Source of the DNA: an uncultured Oscillibacter sp.
GTDB lineage: Bacteria; Bacillota; Clostridia; Oscillospirales; Oscillospiraceae
Reading direction: 5' to 3'
NCBI GenBank assembly: GCA_904393855.1
Contig: CAJFNE010000001.1
Span: 1-41,857 of the forward strand
DNA: 41,857 bases
Shown here: positions 6,746 through 17,456 of the stretch, piece after piece
How the letters are laid out: every line of letters begins with the position of its first letter
Numbering within the stretch: position 1 is the stretch's first letter
Position numbers and translations under genes: made by a program
The notes under the pieces: model-generated
Seen by the model: the letters and a program-made list of their open reading frames with translations, nothing else
Database searches by the model: none
What the model was told of the DNA's origin: nothing

Positions 6746-8735
6746 AGTATCCGTCGATCGTATAGGTCTCGTCGAAGAACATCTCGTCATCCAGGTAGGC
6801 CTGGATGCGGGTCTCCCCCGATCCGCTGATCTCAATGGAGAAATTCCAGTTTAAATCGGCGCAGTTGATCTGGCCTCTGTAAATCGGTTCACCGTCCTGC
6901 ATTACTCGGAGATAACCGCTGGTCGTATTGGACGGCAGCGGGATCGTCAGGAGGTCCGTCCCCGGATACAGGGTGCTGCCGCCCTCGCCGTTGTCCTCCT
7001 GGGGACCGCTGCTGACGGTCAGCGTCACCGTGGACCCCTTGTCCACCGCCGTGGTGGCCGCAGGGTCCTGGTCGATGATCTGTCCCTTCGGCTCGCTGCT
7101 GGGCGTCTCAATGATTCGGAAATTCAGGTTGAGAGTTTCCGCCTGGCCAGTCACGGTATCCACCTGCTGGCCCACAAACGAGGGCAGCGTCACCTGCTCC
7201 GGTCCCTTGCTGACCACCAGATAGATGGTGTCGCCCTGCTTGAGCGCCTCGCCCTCAGCGGGGGTGGTGGAGATGATATAGCCCGCATCGAGCTCGTCGC
7301 TGTACTGCTCGTCCTCCTCCCGGGCTTCCACGGTCAGGTTGTACTGCTCAATGAGGCTCCGCAGGGCCACATTGGCCTGGGCCACGGTCATATCGGTGAC
7401 GTCGATCATTTCGCCCACGTCCTCGCCGGCGCTGACCCAGACCTGGATGATGAGACCGCCGCCCTTGCGGGTTTCCCCGGCGTCCGGATCCTGGCGGACG
7501 ATCCGGCCCTCCTCGTATTTGCTGCTGGGCTCACTGCCCACTTCCCGGATCTCGAAGATCCCCGCCACATCGTCCCGGTTCTCCGCCTCCTCCACGGTCA
7601 GACCGATCAGGCTGGGTACTCCGTATTCCTCGGTGCCGGTAAATGAGGCCAGGATAGAGCGGATCAGCGCCACAGCCAGCACAGCCGCCAGCAGCACCGC
7701 CACCACGATCAGCACCTTTTGCTTTGTGCTGATCCGGCGGGGCGGATTGTCGTCGTAGTCGTCATAGTAGTCCCGACGGCGCTCCCGCTGGAGGGACTGC
7801 CGGTGCGCCGCCGCGGCTCCGCCCCGCACCGCGGAGGTCCGCAGGGCCTGGGTGGGTTCGTCCGTCTCCTCCGGCCGCAGGTCCGACAGCTCGAAATCCA
7901 GGCTGACACCAGGATTCTTTCGGAAGGCCTCCAGATCCGCGATCATGGCGTCCGCGGAGGGGTAGCGCCGGTCCGGGTCCGGGGCCATGGCCTTCATGCA
8001 GATCAGCTCCAGCTGCTCTGGGATCTCCCGATTGATCTCCCGGGGCGCCAGGGGAATGGAGCTCAGGTGCTGAATGGCCACGGATACGGCGGAATCCCCC
8101 TCGAAAGGCAGCCGTCCGGTGAGCATCTCATAGAGGACCACGCCGGCGGAGTAGATGTCGCTGCGGGCGTCGATCCGGTCGCCCCGGGCCTGCTCCGGCG
8201 AGATATAGTGGACGGAGCCCAATGCCTCCTGGGTCAGGGTCTGGGCGGCATTCTCCAGACAGGCGATGCCGAAATCGGCCACCTTCACACTGCCGTCCCG
8301 CATGACCATGATGTTCTGTGGCTTGATGTCCCGGTGGATGATGCCCCGGCTGTGGGCGTGTGATAGGCCCCGCATGATCTGGGTGATGAAGTGCAGGGTC
8401 TCCCGCCAGTTCAGCTGGCCCCGCTTCTCCATATATTGCTTCAGGGTGATGCCGTCGATCAGCTCCATGACGATGTATTCCGTATCGCCGCCCCGGGACA
8501 CGTCGTAGACTGAGACGATATTGGGGTGAGAGAGCTGGGCAACGGCCTGAGACTCCGCGTTGAACCGGCGGCGGAAATCCTCATCCTGGGCCAGGTCCGC
8601 TTTCAGAATCTTGACGGCTACCAGCCGGTTGAGCCGGTGGTCCCGGCCCTTGTACACCACCGCCATGCCGCCTGTGCCGATGCGCTCGAGAATCTCATAG
8701 CGGTTGTCCAGTATTTTTCCGATATAGGGGTCCAT
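6738..8735 (-). CDS. pknB: PASTA-domain Ser/Thr protein kinase (Stk1/PrkC)
   Basis: IGTGGMAVV, HRDIKPQN, DFGIA, YISPEQ; one TM helix followed by PASTA repeats. Confidence 0.95.
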   Translation of the reverse strand: MDPYIGKILDNRYEILERIGTGGMAVVYKGRDHRLNRLVAVKILKADLAQDEDFRRRFNAESQAVAQLSHPNIVSVYDVSRGGDTEYIVMELIDGITLKQYMEKRGQLNWRETLHFITQIMRGLSHAHSRGIIHRDIKPQNIMVMRDGSVKVADFGIACLENAAQTLTQEALGSVHYISPEQARGDRIDARSDIYSAGVVLYEMLTGRLPFEGDSAVSVAIQHLSSIPLAPREINREIPEQLELICMKAMAPDPDRRYPSADAMIADLEAFRKNPGVSLDFELSDLRPEETDEPTQALRTSAVRGGAAAAHRQSLQRERRRDYYDDYDDNPPRRISTKQKVLIVVAVLLAAVLAVALIRSILASFTGTEEYGVPSLIGLTVEEAENRDDVAGIFEIREVGSEPSSKYEEGRIVRQDPDAGETRKGGGLIIQVWVSAGEDVGEMIDVTDMTVAQANVALRSLIEQYNLTVEAREEDEQYSDELDAGYIISTTPAEGEALKQGDTIYLVVSKGPEQVTLPSFVGQQVDTVTGQAETLNLNFRIIETPSSEPKGQIIDQDPAATTAVDKGSTVTLTVSSGPQEDNGEGGSTLYPGTDLLTIPLPSNTTSGYLRVMQDGEPIYRGQINCADLNWNFSIEISGSGETRIQAYLDDEMFFDETYTIDGYYG

Positions 8736-8750
8736 AGCTCTCCTCCTCCC

Positions 8751-9485
8751 TTACAGTTTCCGCATCAGGACGGCGGTAACATTGTCCGGCGCGCCCTGGT
8801 GCTTGGCGATCTCCAGCATCCGGTCCAGACAGGAGTCCGGCTCCATGCCGTGGATGACCTCGAAGAGCATCTCCTGATCGGTCACCGTGTTCACCAGACC
8901 ATCGGTGCACAGCAGCAGATACTCCCCCGCCTCCAAGGGACAGAGGTAGCCGTCGCACTGGGCGTCGGCGTCCGGCCCAAGAGCCCGGGTGATCAGGTTT
9001 CGGCTGGGATGGCGGCGGGCCTCCTCGGCGGTGATATCGCCCCGGTCCACCATGCCCTCCACCACGGAGTGGTCCTTGGTAATCCGCGTGATCCCCTCCC
9101 CGGTGATGTGATAGGCCCGGCTGTCGCCCACGTTGGTGACGGCCGCGCCGCCGTCATAGGTCACGGCGGCCACCAGGGTGGTCCCCATGTTCTGGTACGC
9201 CTCCGACTGGGCGGCGGCCTCCCGGATGGCGAGGTTGGCCGCCTCCACCGCCTGGGCGGAGACCTCCAGCAGCCGTTCCGGCTCCATACCTGGCTCCAGC
9301 AGCCGCTCCAATTCTGATGTAAACGTCTCCGTGGCAATTTGACTGGCCAGACGGCCGCCGGCGGCGCCTCCCATCCCGTCGCACACCACGCAGATGGTGT
9401 AGTCGCCGCTCTCACGGATCAGATAGGCGTCCTGGTTCTCCTTGCGGACCAGGCCGATATCTGTCACGCCCCAAACTTGTATCAT
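8751..9485 (-). CDS. stp: PP2C-type Ser/Thr phosphatase (Stp1/PrpC)
   Basis: GLVRKENQD, VCDGMGG, MGTT, GDSRAY, CTDGL, DNVT. Confidence 0.94.
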   Translation of the reverse strand: MIQVWGVTDIGLVRKENQDAYLIRESGDYTICVVCDGMGGAAGGRLASQIATETFTSELERLLEPGMEPERLLEVSAQAVEAANLAIREAAAQSEAYQNMGTTLVAAVTYDGGAAVTNVGDSRAYHITGEGITRITKDHSVVEGMVDRGDITAEEARRHPSRNLITRALGPDADAQCDGYLCPLEAGEYLLLCTDGLVNTVTDQEMLFEVIHGMEPDSCLDRMLEIAKHQGAPDNVTAVLMRKL

Positions 9486-10525
9486 GGCCGCAGCTCCCCT
9501 TTCTGTTGTTCTTCCATAGCCCGCCTGCGGAGCTGCCCGCAGGAGGCGTCAATATCCCCGCCCAGGCTCCGCCGCACGGTGGCGGTGACGCCGTGGGACT
9601 CCAGGCGCTTCTGAAACGCCGCCAGGCGGCGGGAGGGCTTGTACGGGCTCTCCACCACGTCGTTGAGGGGGATCAGGTTCACATGTCCCGGCATCCCCCG
9701 GAGCTTCCTGGCGATGAGGTCCGCCTGCCAGTCGTGGTCGTTTACCCCGTCGATCATGGCGTACTCAAAGGAGATCCGCCGTCCGGTCTTTCGGAAGTAA
9801 TCGTGGCAGGCTCCAAACAGCTCCTCCACGTCATAGGCCCGGTTCACGGGCATGATCTTCGAGCGGGTCTCGCTGTCCGGAGCGTGGAGGGATACGCTGA
9901 GGGTCAGCTGCAGCTCCAGCTCCGCCAGACGGCGGATGCCCGGGATCACCCCGCAGGTGGAGAGGGAGATATGCCGCATGCCGATGTGCATGCCGTCCGG
10001 GTGATTCACCAGCTCCAGAAACCGCAGGACGTTGTCCAGGTTGTCCATGGGCTCCCCAATCCCCATCAGCACGATGTTGGAGACCTCCGCCCCGGAGTCC
10101 AGCTGGGTGAAGAGCACCTGATCCAGCATCTCGGCGGGAGTCAGGTCCCGGACCTTGCCGGCGATGGTGGAGGCGCAGAAAGCGCATCCCATGCGGCACC
10201 CCACCTGAGAGGAGATGCACACCGTGTTGCCGTGGTGATAGCGCATCAGCACGGACTCCACGCAGTTGCCGTCCCCCAGCTCCCAGAGGTATTTGATGGT
10301 GCCGTCCTGGGCGGAGACCTGCCGCCTGGCCGCCCGGGGCGGCGTCAACAGGCACTGCTCCCGCAGCTTCTCCCGCAGGGATTTCGGCAGATTCGTCATT
10401 TCCTCGAAGGAGGCGGCGCCCCGGTGCAGCCAGGTGAACACCTGCTTGGCCCGGAAAGCCGGCTCCCCCAGGGAGCTCAGGAATCCCCCGATCTCCTCCG
10501 GCGTCATGGATTTCAGATCAATCAT
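9482..10525 (-). CDS. rlmN: 23S rRNA m2A2503 radical-SAM methyltransferase
   Basis: SSQVGCRMGCAFCAS, MGIGEP, DIDASCGQL. Confidence 0.96.
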   Translation of the reverse strand: MIDLKSMTPEEIGGFLSSLGEPAFRAKQVFTWLHRGAASFEEMTNLPKSLREKLREQCLLTPPRAARRQVSAQDGTIKYLWELGDGNCVESVLMRYHHGNTVCISSQVGCRMGCAFCASTIAGKVRDLTPAEMLDQVLFTQLDSGAEVSNIVLMGIGEPMDNLDNVLRFLELVNHPDGMHIGMRHISLSTCGVIPGIRRLAELELQLTLSVSLHAPDSETRSKIMPVNRAYDVEELFGACHDYFRKTGRRISFEYAMIDGVNDHDWQADLIARKLRGMPGHVNLIPLNDVVESPYKPSRRLAAFQKRLESHGVTATVRRSLGGDIDASCGQLRRRAMEEQQKGELRP

Positions 10526-10535
10526 ACGTCTTCCC

Positions 10536-11858
10536 TCACGGGCGCCGCGTCATGCGGCAGATGTAAAAGCCGTCGGTGCCGTGGCGCTGGGGCCACAGCG
10601 TCGTCTGGCCGGTCTCCCCTCCCGCGCCGTCCAGCGGCAGGGAGAAAGGCGTTCTGGAAAAGTCCGGGTGCTCCGCCAGGAATCCGCCGGAAACTTCCTC
10701 GTTCTCCTCCGGCAGGATCGTACAGGTGGAGTAGACCAGCGTCCCACCGGGCTTCACGTACCGGGCGGCGTTGTCCAAGATCGCCCGCTGGATCACCGGC
10801 ATGGCAAACAGGCTGTCCAGCTTCTTGTAACGGACATCCGGCTTCTTGCGGATGATGCCCAGCCCCGAGCAGGGGGCGTCCACCAGCACCACGTCATACC
10901 GGGCCTCCCACTCCGGGCGGAACGTCCGCCCATCGGCGGCGGCGGTCTCGATGCAGGTGAGCCCCAGCCGCGCCGCCCCCTCCCGGACACGCTTGAGCTT
11001 GTTCTCGTGGAGGTCGCAGGCGAGGATCTCCCCCCGATCCCCCATCTGGATGGCGGCGGCAAAAGACTTGCCGCCCGGCGCGGCGCACACATCCAGCACC
11101 CCATCGCCCGGCTTGACTGCGGCGGCCAAAACCGCCATCCGGGCCGCCGGGTCCTGGATGTAGAAAGCGCCTGCCCGGAAGAGCTCCAGCCGCTCCAGAT
11201 CGCCGGAACCGGAGAGATACAGGCAGTCCGGCAGCGCGGGGTCCGTCTCCGCCTCCACGCCCGCCGCCAGCAGGTCCTCCCGGACCGCCTGGGCCTCATA
11301 CCGGCAGGTGTTCACCTGGGCGGTGATGGGGGCGGGCTGGTTGTTCAGCGCCAGGAGCGCCTCCGTCTCCTCCCGGCCCAGCAGGGCCAACAGCCGCTTC
11401 ACCAGCCACCGGGGGTGGCTGTACCGGATGGAGAGATACTTGGCCGTGTCCCCCTCCGGAATGGGCGGCAGGTGCTCCTTGTTCTGGGAGATTTTCCGCA
11501 GCACCGCGTTCACCAGCCCCGCGGCCTGCCCCCGCTTGGAGAGCTTGGCCAGCTCCACGGAGCTGTTGACGGCGGCGCTGTCCGGCACCTTGTCCAGGAA
11601 GAGGATCTGATAGGCCCCGATCCGCAGGATGTCCGCCAGAGGCGGCTGCAGATGGTCCAGCCGCTGGGTGCAGTAGGCGCCCAGGTAAAAATCCAGCAGC
11701 AGCTGGTTTTGCAGGACCCCATAGACGATGCGGCTGCAAAGCGCCGCGTCCTTCCGGTCCAACCCGTCCCGCCGCACCTGGGCCTGCAGAGCGGCGTCCG
11801 CCCAGGCGCCGTGGGTCCGGCAGCTGGTGAGGACCCGCAGGGCTGTCTCCCGGCTCAT
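10536..11858 (-). CDS. rsmB: 16S rRNA m5C967 methyltransferase
   Basis: NusB-like N-terminus, DVCAAPGGKS, DAPCSGLG, YSTCT. Confidence 0.95.
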   Translation of the reverse strand: MSRETALRVLTSCRTHGAWADAALQAQVRRDGLDRKDAALCSRIVYGVLQNQLLLDFYLGAYCTQRLDHLQPPLADILRIGAYQILFLDKVPDSAAVNSSVELAKLSKRGQAAGLVNAVLRKISQNKEHLPPIPEGDTAKYLSIRYSHPRWLVKRLLALLGREETEALLALNNQPAPITAQVNTCRYEAQAVREDLLAAGVEAETDPALPDCLYLSGSGDLERLELFRAGAFYIQDPAARMAVLAAAVKPGDGVLDVCAAPGGKSFAAAIQMGDRGEILACDLHENKLKRVREGAARLGLTCIETAAADGRTFRPEWEARYDVVLVDAPCSGLGIIRKKPDVRYKKLDSLFAMPVIQRAILDNAARYVKPGGTLVYSTCTILPEENEEVSGGFLAEHPDFSRTPFSLPLDGAGGETGQTTLWPQRHGTDGFYICRMTRRP

Positions 11859-12586
11859 TCGCGGCCTCCTCTGCGGCCGCTCCGGCCCAGGAAGATCAGT
11901 ACATACCGCAGCAGCTGTAAAAGGCTCATCAGCAGCGCCGCCACATAGGTCAGCGCCGCCGCCCGCAGCACTTTCCGGGCTCCCTGCAGCTCCTCGCCGT
12001 CCAGCAGGCCCTGGCCGTCAATGGTTTCCAGCGCCCGGTGGGAGGCGTTGAACTCCACCGGCAGCGTCACCAGCTGGAAGATGGTGGTCAGGGAGAACAG
12101 CAGGATGCCCACCAGGAACAGGGACTGGCTGTACAGGACCAGGCCGATCAGCAGCAGGATGAAGGAGAGCTGGGAGCCGATCTGCGTCACGGGAATGATG
12201 GCGTTGCGGACCTTGATGGGCCCATAGCCCACGGCGTACTGCACCGCGTGTCCCGCCTCGTGACAGGCTACCCCCACCGCCGCCACCGTGGGCGCGGCAT
12301 ACACATCCTCCGAGAGGTAGATGGTGTTGTCCCGAGGATCGTAGTGATCCGTCAAATTGCCCCGGCAGGGCCGGATGGGCACGTCATAGACCCCGTGGGC
12401 CCGCAGCACCGCCTCCGCCGCCTGCGCGCCGGTGAGATGCCGCCGGTTGGGTACCTGACTGTATTTCCGAAAACTGCCGCTGACCTGGATCTGCGCCCAG
12501 ACCGACAGGATCAGCACCGGAATCAGCAGCAGCACATAGATATTGTTGGCCAGAAAGTCGCCGTATCCGTAGTAATAATAAGGCAT
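11855..12586 (-). CDS. Membrane neutral zinc metallopeptidase (YugP-like)
   Basis: LTDHYDP, HEAGHA, TLPVEFNAS, AAALTYVA. Confidence 0.9.
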   Translation of the reverse strand: MPYYYYGYGDFLANNIYVLLLIPVLILSVWAQIQVSGSFRKYSQVPNRRHLTGAQAAEAVLRAHGVYDVPIRPCRGNLTDHYDPRDNTIYLSEDVYAAPTVAAVGVACHEAGHAVQYAVGYGPIKVRNAIIPVTQIGSQLSFILLLIGLVLYSQSLFLVGILLFSLTTIFQLVTLPVEFNASHRALETIDGQGLLDGEELQGARKVLRAAALTYVAALLMSLLQLLRYVLIFLGRSGRRGGRE

Positions 12587-12612
12587 AGACCCTCCTTGAA
12601 AAGTCTAGAGTT

Positions 12613-13533
12613 CTAAAGAGAAATGGGGTGCCCCAGCAGATAGGCGGCCGCCGCCATCCGCTTGCCCCCCTGGGCCTGCAGCTCCGTGATCCGCAGGAGC
12701 TTCCCGTCGCCGCAGGCCACGTCGATGCCCTGCTTCCCCGCCGCGGCGATGGTGCCGGGAGGGGCGGAGGTCTCCGCGCCGGTCTCCTCCACGGCATAGA
12801 TCTTCATGGTCTCGCCGTGGATCACGTCCGTGGAGGCGCAGGGCCAGGGGATCAGTCCCCGCACCTGGCAGCTGATCGCGTGGGCCGGGCATGTCCAGTC
12901 GATGGGAGACAGCTCTTTGGAGAGCATGGGGGCATAGGTGCTCTCCGCGCCGTTCTGAGGCGTCCGCACCGCTTTTCCGGCGGCGATCTCTGCCACCGCC
13001 TCGGAGAGGGCCTCCGCCCCCAGCTCCGCCAGGCGGGCGGTCAGCTGCTGGGCGTTCTCCTCCGAGCCGATGGCCGTGCGCTTCTGCAGGATCATATCCC
13101 CCGCGTCCAGCTCCCGCGCCATGTCCATGATGGTGACGCCGGTCTCCGTCTCCCCGTTCAGGATCGCCCAGTTGATGGGGGCGGCCCCCCGGTATTTCGG
13201 CAGGAGAGACGAGTGGACGTTGATAGCGCCGTAAGGCGGCATCTTCAGGATTTCCTCCGGCAGGATCTGGCCGTAGGCCGCCGCCACGATCAGCTCCGGA
13301 TCCAGGGAGCGGAGGGTCTCCACCGCCTCCGGTTCCCGGATACGGACCGGCTGAAAAACTGGCAATTCTTTTGTCAAGGCATGTTCCTTAACAGGAGAGA
13401 ATGCCAGCTTGTGGCCCCGGTTTTTGGGCTTGTCCGGCTGGGTGAATACACCGCAGAGGGTGTGTCCCTCCTCCACCAGCCGCCGCAGGGACGCCACGGC
13501 GAAGTCCGGGGTCCCCAGGAATACGATCCGCAC
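12613..13533 (-). CDS. fmt: Methionyl-tRNA formyltransferase
   Basis: GTG start RIVFLGTPDFA, TQPDKP, NVHSSLLPKYRGAAP. Confidence 0.96.
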   Translation of the reverse strand: MRIVFLGTPDFAVASLRRLVEEGHTLCGVFTQPDKPKNRGHKLAFSPVKEHALTKELPVFQPVRIREPEAVETLRSLDPELIVAAAYGQILPEEILKMPPYGAINVHSSLLPKYRGAAPINWAILNGETETGVTIMDMARELDAGDMILQKRTAIGSEENAQQLTARLAELGAEALSEAVAEIAAGKAVRTPQNGAESTYAPMLSKELSPIDWTCPAHAISCQVRGLIPWPCASTDVIHGETMKIYAVEETGAETSAPPGTIAAAGKQGIDVACGDGKLLRITELQAQGGKRMAAAAYLLGHPISL

Positions 13534-13537
13534 GGGC

Positions 13538-14053
13538 TTACTCCCCCTCCTCGTTTTCAGCCGCTTCCTCGGCCTCCAGATAGGCCCGGAGCTCCTCGTC
13601 GGAGAGGAAGTGGTCGATATGCTCCGTGTACAGGTGGCCGTCCAGGTGCTCGATCTCATGGCAGAAGGCACGGGCGGTCAGTCCCTCGCCCTCGGTCTCA
13701 AACCACTGTCCGTTCCGGTCCTGGGCCCGGACCCGCACGTAGTCGGGGCGGGTAACGATGCCCCATTTGCCTGGAACACTGAGGCAGCCCTCCAGGCCCG
13801 TCTGCTCCCCGGACTGCCGGATGATCTCCGGATTCACCAGCTCGATATACTCCTCGCTGTCCATATCCAGTACAAGGCAGGCGCGCCGCAGTACCCCTAC
13901 CTGCGGGGCCGCCAGGCCGGCGCCGTTGGCCTCTTCCAGAGTCTCCCGCATGTCGTCCAGCAGTTGGTGGAGATGGGGGTTAAAATCCGTCACCTGCCGG
14001 CAGACCTTATTCAAACATGGGTCGCCCTGCTCAATAATCTTTCGTAATGCCAT
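13538..14053 (-). CDS. def: Peptide deformylase
   Basis: GAGLAAPQVG, EGCLS, HEIEHLDG. Confidence 0.96.
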   Translation of the reverse strand: MALRKIIEQGDPCLNKVCRQVTDFNPHLHQLLDDMRETLEEANGAGLAAPQVGVLRRACLVLDMDSEEYIELVNPEIIRQSGEQTGLEGCLSVPGKWGIVTRPDYVRVRAQDRNGQWFETEGEGLTARAFCHEIEHLDGHLYTEHIDHFLSDEELRAYLEAEEAAENEEGE

Positions 14054-14083
14054 GATTTCCAATTCCTCCTTGATCGATACGCC

Positions 14084-16552
14084 TCATTCCCAGGCGTTGC
14101 AATCCACAAACAGATTGGTGCCCCGGTGGGTCCGGTCCCCGGCAAAGGCTTTCAGCAGCCAGCTCACCGCCTCCCGGGTGGGGCGGTCGTTGCGGCCCAC
14201 CAGCAGCACCCGGTACCGATATCGGTTATTCACCTTCAGCACCGGCGCCGGGGCCGGTCCCAGCACCTCCGGCTGGGTTTCTGCCAGAGCCGGCTGGGCA
14301 CTCAGCTGCCGCAGACGCTCTCGGACGTCCGCCGCCGCCCGCAGGACCGCTCCCTCCTCCGGTCCGGAGACCGTGAATGTGAAAAGGTCCGCGAAAGGCG
14401 GGTAGCGGCGCAGCCGCCGCAGCCGGATCTCACTTTGATAGAAGCTCGCATAGTCCTGGCGGGCGGCGCTCTGGATCACCTCGTTTTCCGGGGTGTAGGT
14501 CTGAATGACCGCCCGGCCTGTCCGGCCGCCGCGCCCCGCCCGGCCCACCACCTGGGTCAGCAGGCTGAACGTCCGCTCGGCGGAGCGGTAGTTGTCCAGA
14601 TACAGGGAGAGGTCCGCGCAGAGCACACCCACCAGCGTCACGTTCTCAAAATCCAGCCCCTTGGCCACCATCTGGGTGCCCAGCAGAATGGGAACCCGCT
14701 CCCGCTCAAATTTTTGCAGGATGGCCTCATGTCCCGCGGAGACGGTGTCCGCGTCCATCCGCAGGATTCCCGCCTCCGGAAACAGTTCCCGCAGCTCCTC
14801 CTCCACTTTCTGGGTGCCAACGCCCACATGCTTCATGATGCCGCCGCAGGCGGGGCAGACCTCCGGGGCCCGCTCCGAGTGGCCACAGTAGTGACACATC
14901 AGCCGCCCGTTGGCAGAGTGGTAGGTCAGCGGCACGCTGCACCGGGGACACTCCGGCACGTGGCCGCACTCGCCGCACAGCACATAGCGGCTGTTGCCCC
15001 GGCGGTTCAGAAACAGGATGCTCTGCTCTCCCCGCTCCAGGTTCCGCTCCAGCTCCTGCCGGAGGTCAGCGCCGATGAGACCGGGATTCCCTACCCGGAT
15101 CTCCTGGCGCAGATCCGCCACCGTCACCTGGGGAAGGCTGCGGTCGTTGTAGCGCCTGCGCAGCAGGAAGCGGTGATAGAGCCCCTGCTCCGCCGCGTAG
15201 GCGGTCTCCACCGCGGGAGTGGCAGAGCCCAGCACCAGGGTGGCCTGATCCCGGGCGCAGAGGAATTTCGCAATATCCCGGGCGTGGTAGCGGGGCGGAT
15301 TCTCCGACTGGTAGCTTCCCTCCTGCTCCTCGTCCAGGATGACGATGCCCAGGTTCTTCAGCGGGGCAAAGACGGCGGAGCGGGTGCCCAGCACCACCTG
15401 GACGTCGCCCCGGCGGATGCGCTTCCACTGATCGTACCGCTCCGTCATCCGCAGGCCGCTGTGGAGCATCACCACCCGGTCGCCGAAATAGGCGGAGAAT
15501 TTCTGCATCATCTGGGGCGTCAGGACGATCTCCGGCACCAGCACCAGGGCGGTCCTCCCCCGGGAGAGCATCTCCTGCACCAGCCGCAGATAGACCTGGG
15601 TCTTGCCGCTTCCGGTGACGCCGTGGAGCAGCGCGGCCTCCGCCCTGCCGGAGTCCGTCAGGGCCAGGATGCCGTCAAAGGCAGCCTGCTGCTCCTCATT
15701 CAGGAGGATGGGCGCGGGCCGCTCCTCCGCCCGGGGCGGGGGCACTCGCAGCAGCTCCTCCTCGGAAAAGGTCAGGATGCCCGCCTTTTCCAGATTTTTC
15801 AGGGTCCGGGGGGACACCCCGGTGAAGTAGCACAGGTCCGCCACGGAGGTTTTCCCGGCGGAGGCCAGCAGCCGCACCGCCTCATACCGTCCTGGCGCGG
15901 AGCGGCGGCGGGGCTCCAGGAGAGCCAGGGCCTCCTCCGCGCTGAGGGCCAGCTCCGCCATCCGGCGGGACTTGTCGGCGATCTTTCGCCGGGCCTCCGT
16001 CTCACAGACCACCAGATCTGCCTTCTGCATGGCCCGCAGGACCGCCTCTGTCTGGTCTCCGCAGGCGGCCCGCAGGGTCTCCAGCTCGGCGCGGCCTCCG
16101 GCGGCGTACAGGGCGTCCAGCACCGGCAGCGCCTTGGGAATACCGGCGGCCTGGCCGTCCGCCGTCAGGCGGTCCAGCTCCGGGTCCTTGAGACGCCAAA
16201 CCTCCCGCAGGCTGTACCACAGTCCCGCGGGCAGGATCGTCTTGGCTGCTTCAAACAGGGTGCAGAAGTACCGCTGGCGCATCCAGAGGGCCAGAGCGAT
16301 CTCATCCCGGTCCAGCACCGGCGAGGTGTCCAGCACTGCGGAGACCGGCTTGAGATAGCGGGTCTTCTCCCCGGTGTCCCGGGCCAGAACGATCCCCTCC
16401 GTGCTGCGGTTGCCCCGGCCAAAGGGGATGGTTACCCGCACGCCGGGCACCGCCGCCTGCTCCAGGTGGGACGGCACCCAGTAGTCATAGGGCTTATCAA
16501 TGGAATAGGGCGCGGCGCTGACCGCAACCTTGACAATCACAGCGGTCTCCAT
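14084..16552 (-). CDS. priA: Replication restart helicase PriA
   Basis: GVTGSGKT, DEEQE, LGSATP, four CxxC pairs, GTQMVAKGLDF, QVVGRAGR. Confidence 0.96.
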   Translation of the reverse strand: METAVIVKVAVSAAPYSIDKPYDYWVPSHLEQAAVPGVRVTIPFGRGNRSTEGIVLARDTGEKTRYLKPVSAVLDTSPVLDRDEIALALWMRQRYFCTLFEAAKTILPAGLWYSLREVWRLKDPELDRLTADGQAAGIPKALPVLDALYAAGGRAELETLRAACGDQTEAVLRAMQKADLVVCETEARRKIADKSRRMAELALSAEEALALLEPRRRSAPGRYEAVRLLASAGKTSVADLCYFTGVSPRTLKNLEKAGILTFSEEELLRVPPPRAEERPAPILLNEEQQAAFDGILALTDSGRAEAALLHGVTGSGKTQVYLRLVQEMLSRGRTALVLVPEIVLTPQMMQKFSAYFGDRVVMLHSGLRMTERYDQWKRIRRGDVQVVLGTRSAVFAPLKNLGIVILDEEQEGSYQSENPPRYHARDIAKFLCARDQATLVLGSATPAVETAYAAEQGLYHRFLLRRRYNDRSLPQVTVADLRQEIRVGNPGLIGADLRQELERNLERGEQSILFLNRRGNSRYVLCGECGHVPECPRCSVPLTYHSANGRLMCHYCGHSERAPEVCPACGGIMKHVGVGTQKVEEELRELFPEAGILRMDADTVSAGHEAILQKFERERVPILLGTQMVAKGLDFENVTLVGVLCADLSLYLDNYRSAERTFSLLTQVVGRAGRGGRTGRAVIQTYTPENEVIQSAARQDYASFYQSEIRLRRLRRYPPFADLFTFTVSGPEEGAVLRAAADVRERLRQLSAQPALAETQPEVLGPAPAPVLKVNNRYRYRVLLVGRNDRPTREAVSWLLKAFAGDRTHRGTNLFVDCNAWE

Positions 16553-16570
16553 GCCTCGCCCCTCCCTGAC

Positions 16571-16792
16571 TTACGCGTTTTCCGCCTGCTCAATCTCCTC
16601 CATGACCTCGGGAGCCAGATGACCCTCCGCCACCTCGTTGATGGCCATAGTCACCGGCTTCTCCGGCAGGCGCTCTCCGGTCTCCTCCGCCTGATCGGCG
16701 ATTTCACGGGCCCGATGGGCCACCACGTTCACCAGCAGATATCGATTGGGAATCACGCTGGTCAGCTGATTCATAGCAGGGTATAACATCAT
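16571..16792 (-). CDS. rpoZ: RNA polymerase omega subunit
   Basis: MLYP..., NRYLLVNVVAHRAR, KPVTMAINE; between gmk and priA. Confidence 0.92.
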   Translation of the reverse strand: MMLYPAMNQLTSVIPNRYLLVNVVAHRAREIADQAEETGERLPEKPVTMAINEVAEGHLAPEVMEEIEQAENA

Positions 16793-16816
16793 CGCAAATC
16801 ACATCCATTCTGTCAT

Positions 16817-16845
16817 ATTTTAGCCATTGATTCTGTCAAATACAA
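16817..16845 (-). promoter_or_regulatory. Putative sigma-A promoter for rpoZ-priA and downstream genes
   Basis: TTGTAT-17 nt-TAAAAT in the AT-rich gmk-rpoZ gap. Confidence 0.55.
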
Positions 16846-16856
16846 GAAAAACAGGA

Positions 16857-17456
16857 CTAACTCCCGTTGATAATCTCCATCCGCTCCTTGGGCTTGCAGT
16901 GCTCCGCCGTCATGATGGCGTCCAGCTCCCGCACCGCGTTCTCCACCGTGTCGTTGATGACGAAGTAGTCGTAGGTATGGGCGGTCTGGAACTCCACCTT
17001 GGCCCGGAGGAGGCGCTTCTGGATCTTCTCCTGGCTGTCGGTGCCCCGGGCCTTCAGCCGCCGCTCCAGCTCTTCCCAGCTGGGCGGGGCAATGAAGATT
17101 CGGACGGTCTCCGGCCGCTTGCTGGTCACCTGGATGGCCCCCTGGACCTCGATATCCAGGATGACGTCCTTTCCCTGCTCCATGGCCTCGTCCACATAGC
17201 GCTTGGGGGTGCCGTAGAAATTGCCCACATACTCCGCATACTCCAGGAACTGCTCCATGGCGATCCACTTCCGAAAGGACTCCACGTCCATGAAGTGGTA
17301 GTGAACGCCGTCCAGCTCCCCGGGCCGGGGCGGCCGCGTGGTGGCGGAGACGGAGAAGTACACATTCTTCCGCTGCTCCAGCAAAGCCTTCAGCACGGTG
17401 CTCTTGCCCACGCCGGAGGGTCCGGAGATGATAAATGTTTTTCCCTTTTTGCTCAT
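16857..17456 (-). CDS. gmk: Guanylate kinase
   Basis: [30 protein letters not shown]. Confidence 0.96.
   Translation of the reverse strand: MSKKGKTFIISGPSGVGKSTVLKALLEQRKNVYFSVSATTRPPRPGELDGVHYHFMDVESFRKWIAMEQFLEYAEYVGNFYGTPKRYVDEAMEQGKDVILDIEVQGAIQVTSKRPETVRIFIAPPSWEELERRLKARGTDSQEKIQKRLLRAKVEFQTAHTYDYFVINDTVENAVRELDAIMTAEHCKPKERMEIINGS

Noticed and set aside
14126-16786. 886-aa plus-strand ORF and other long antisense ORFs (e.g. 10266-11948, 9506-10855, 26609-28054, 17435-18739)
   Set aside because: They shadow well-identified minus-strand genes and have no recognisable motifs; expected from high-GC codon bias.
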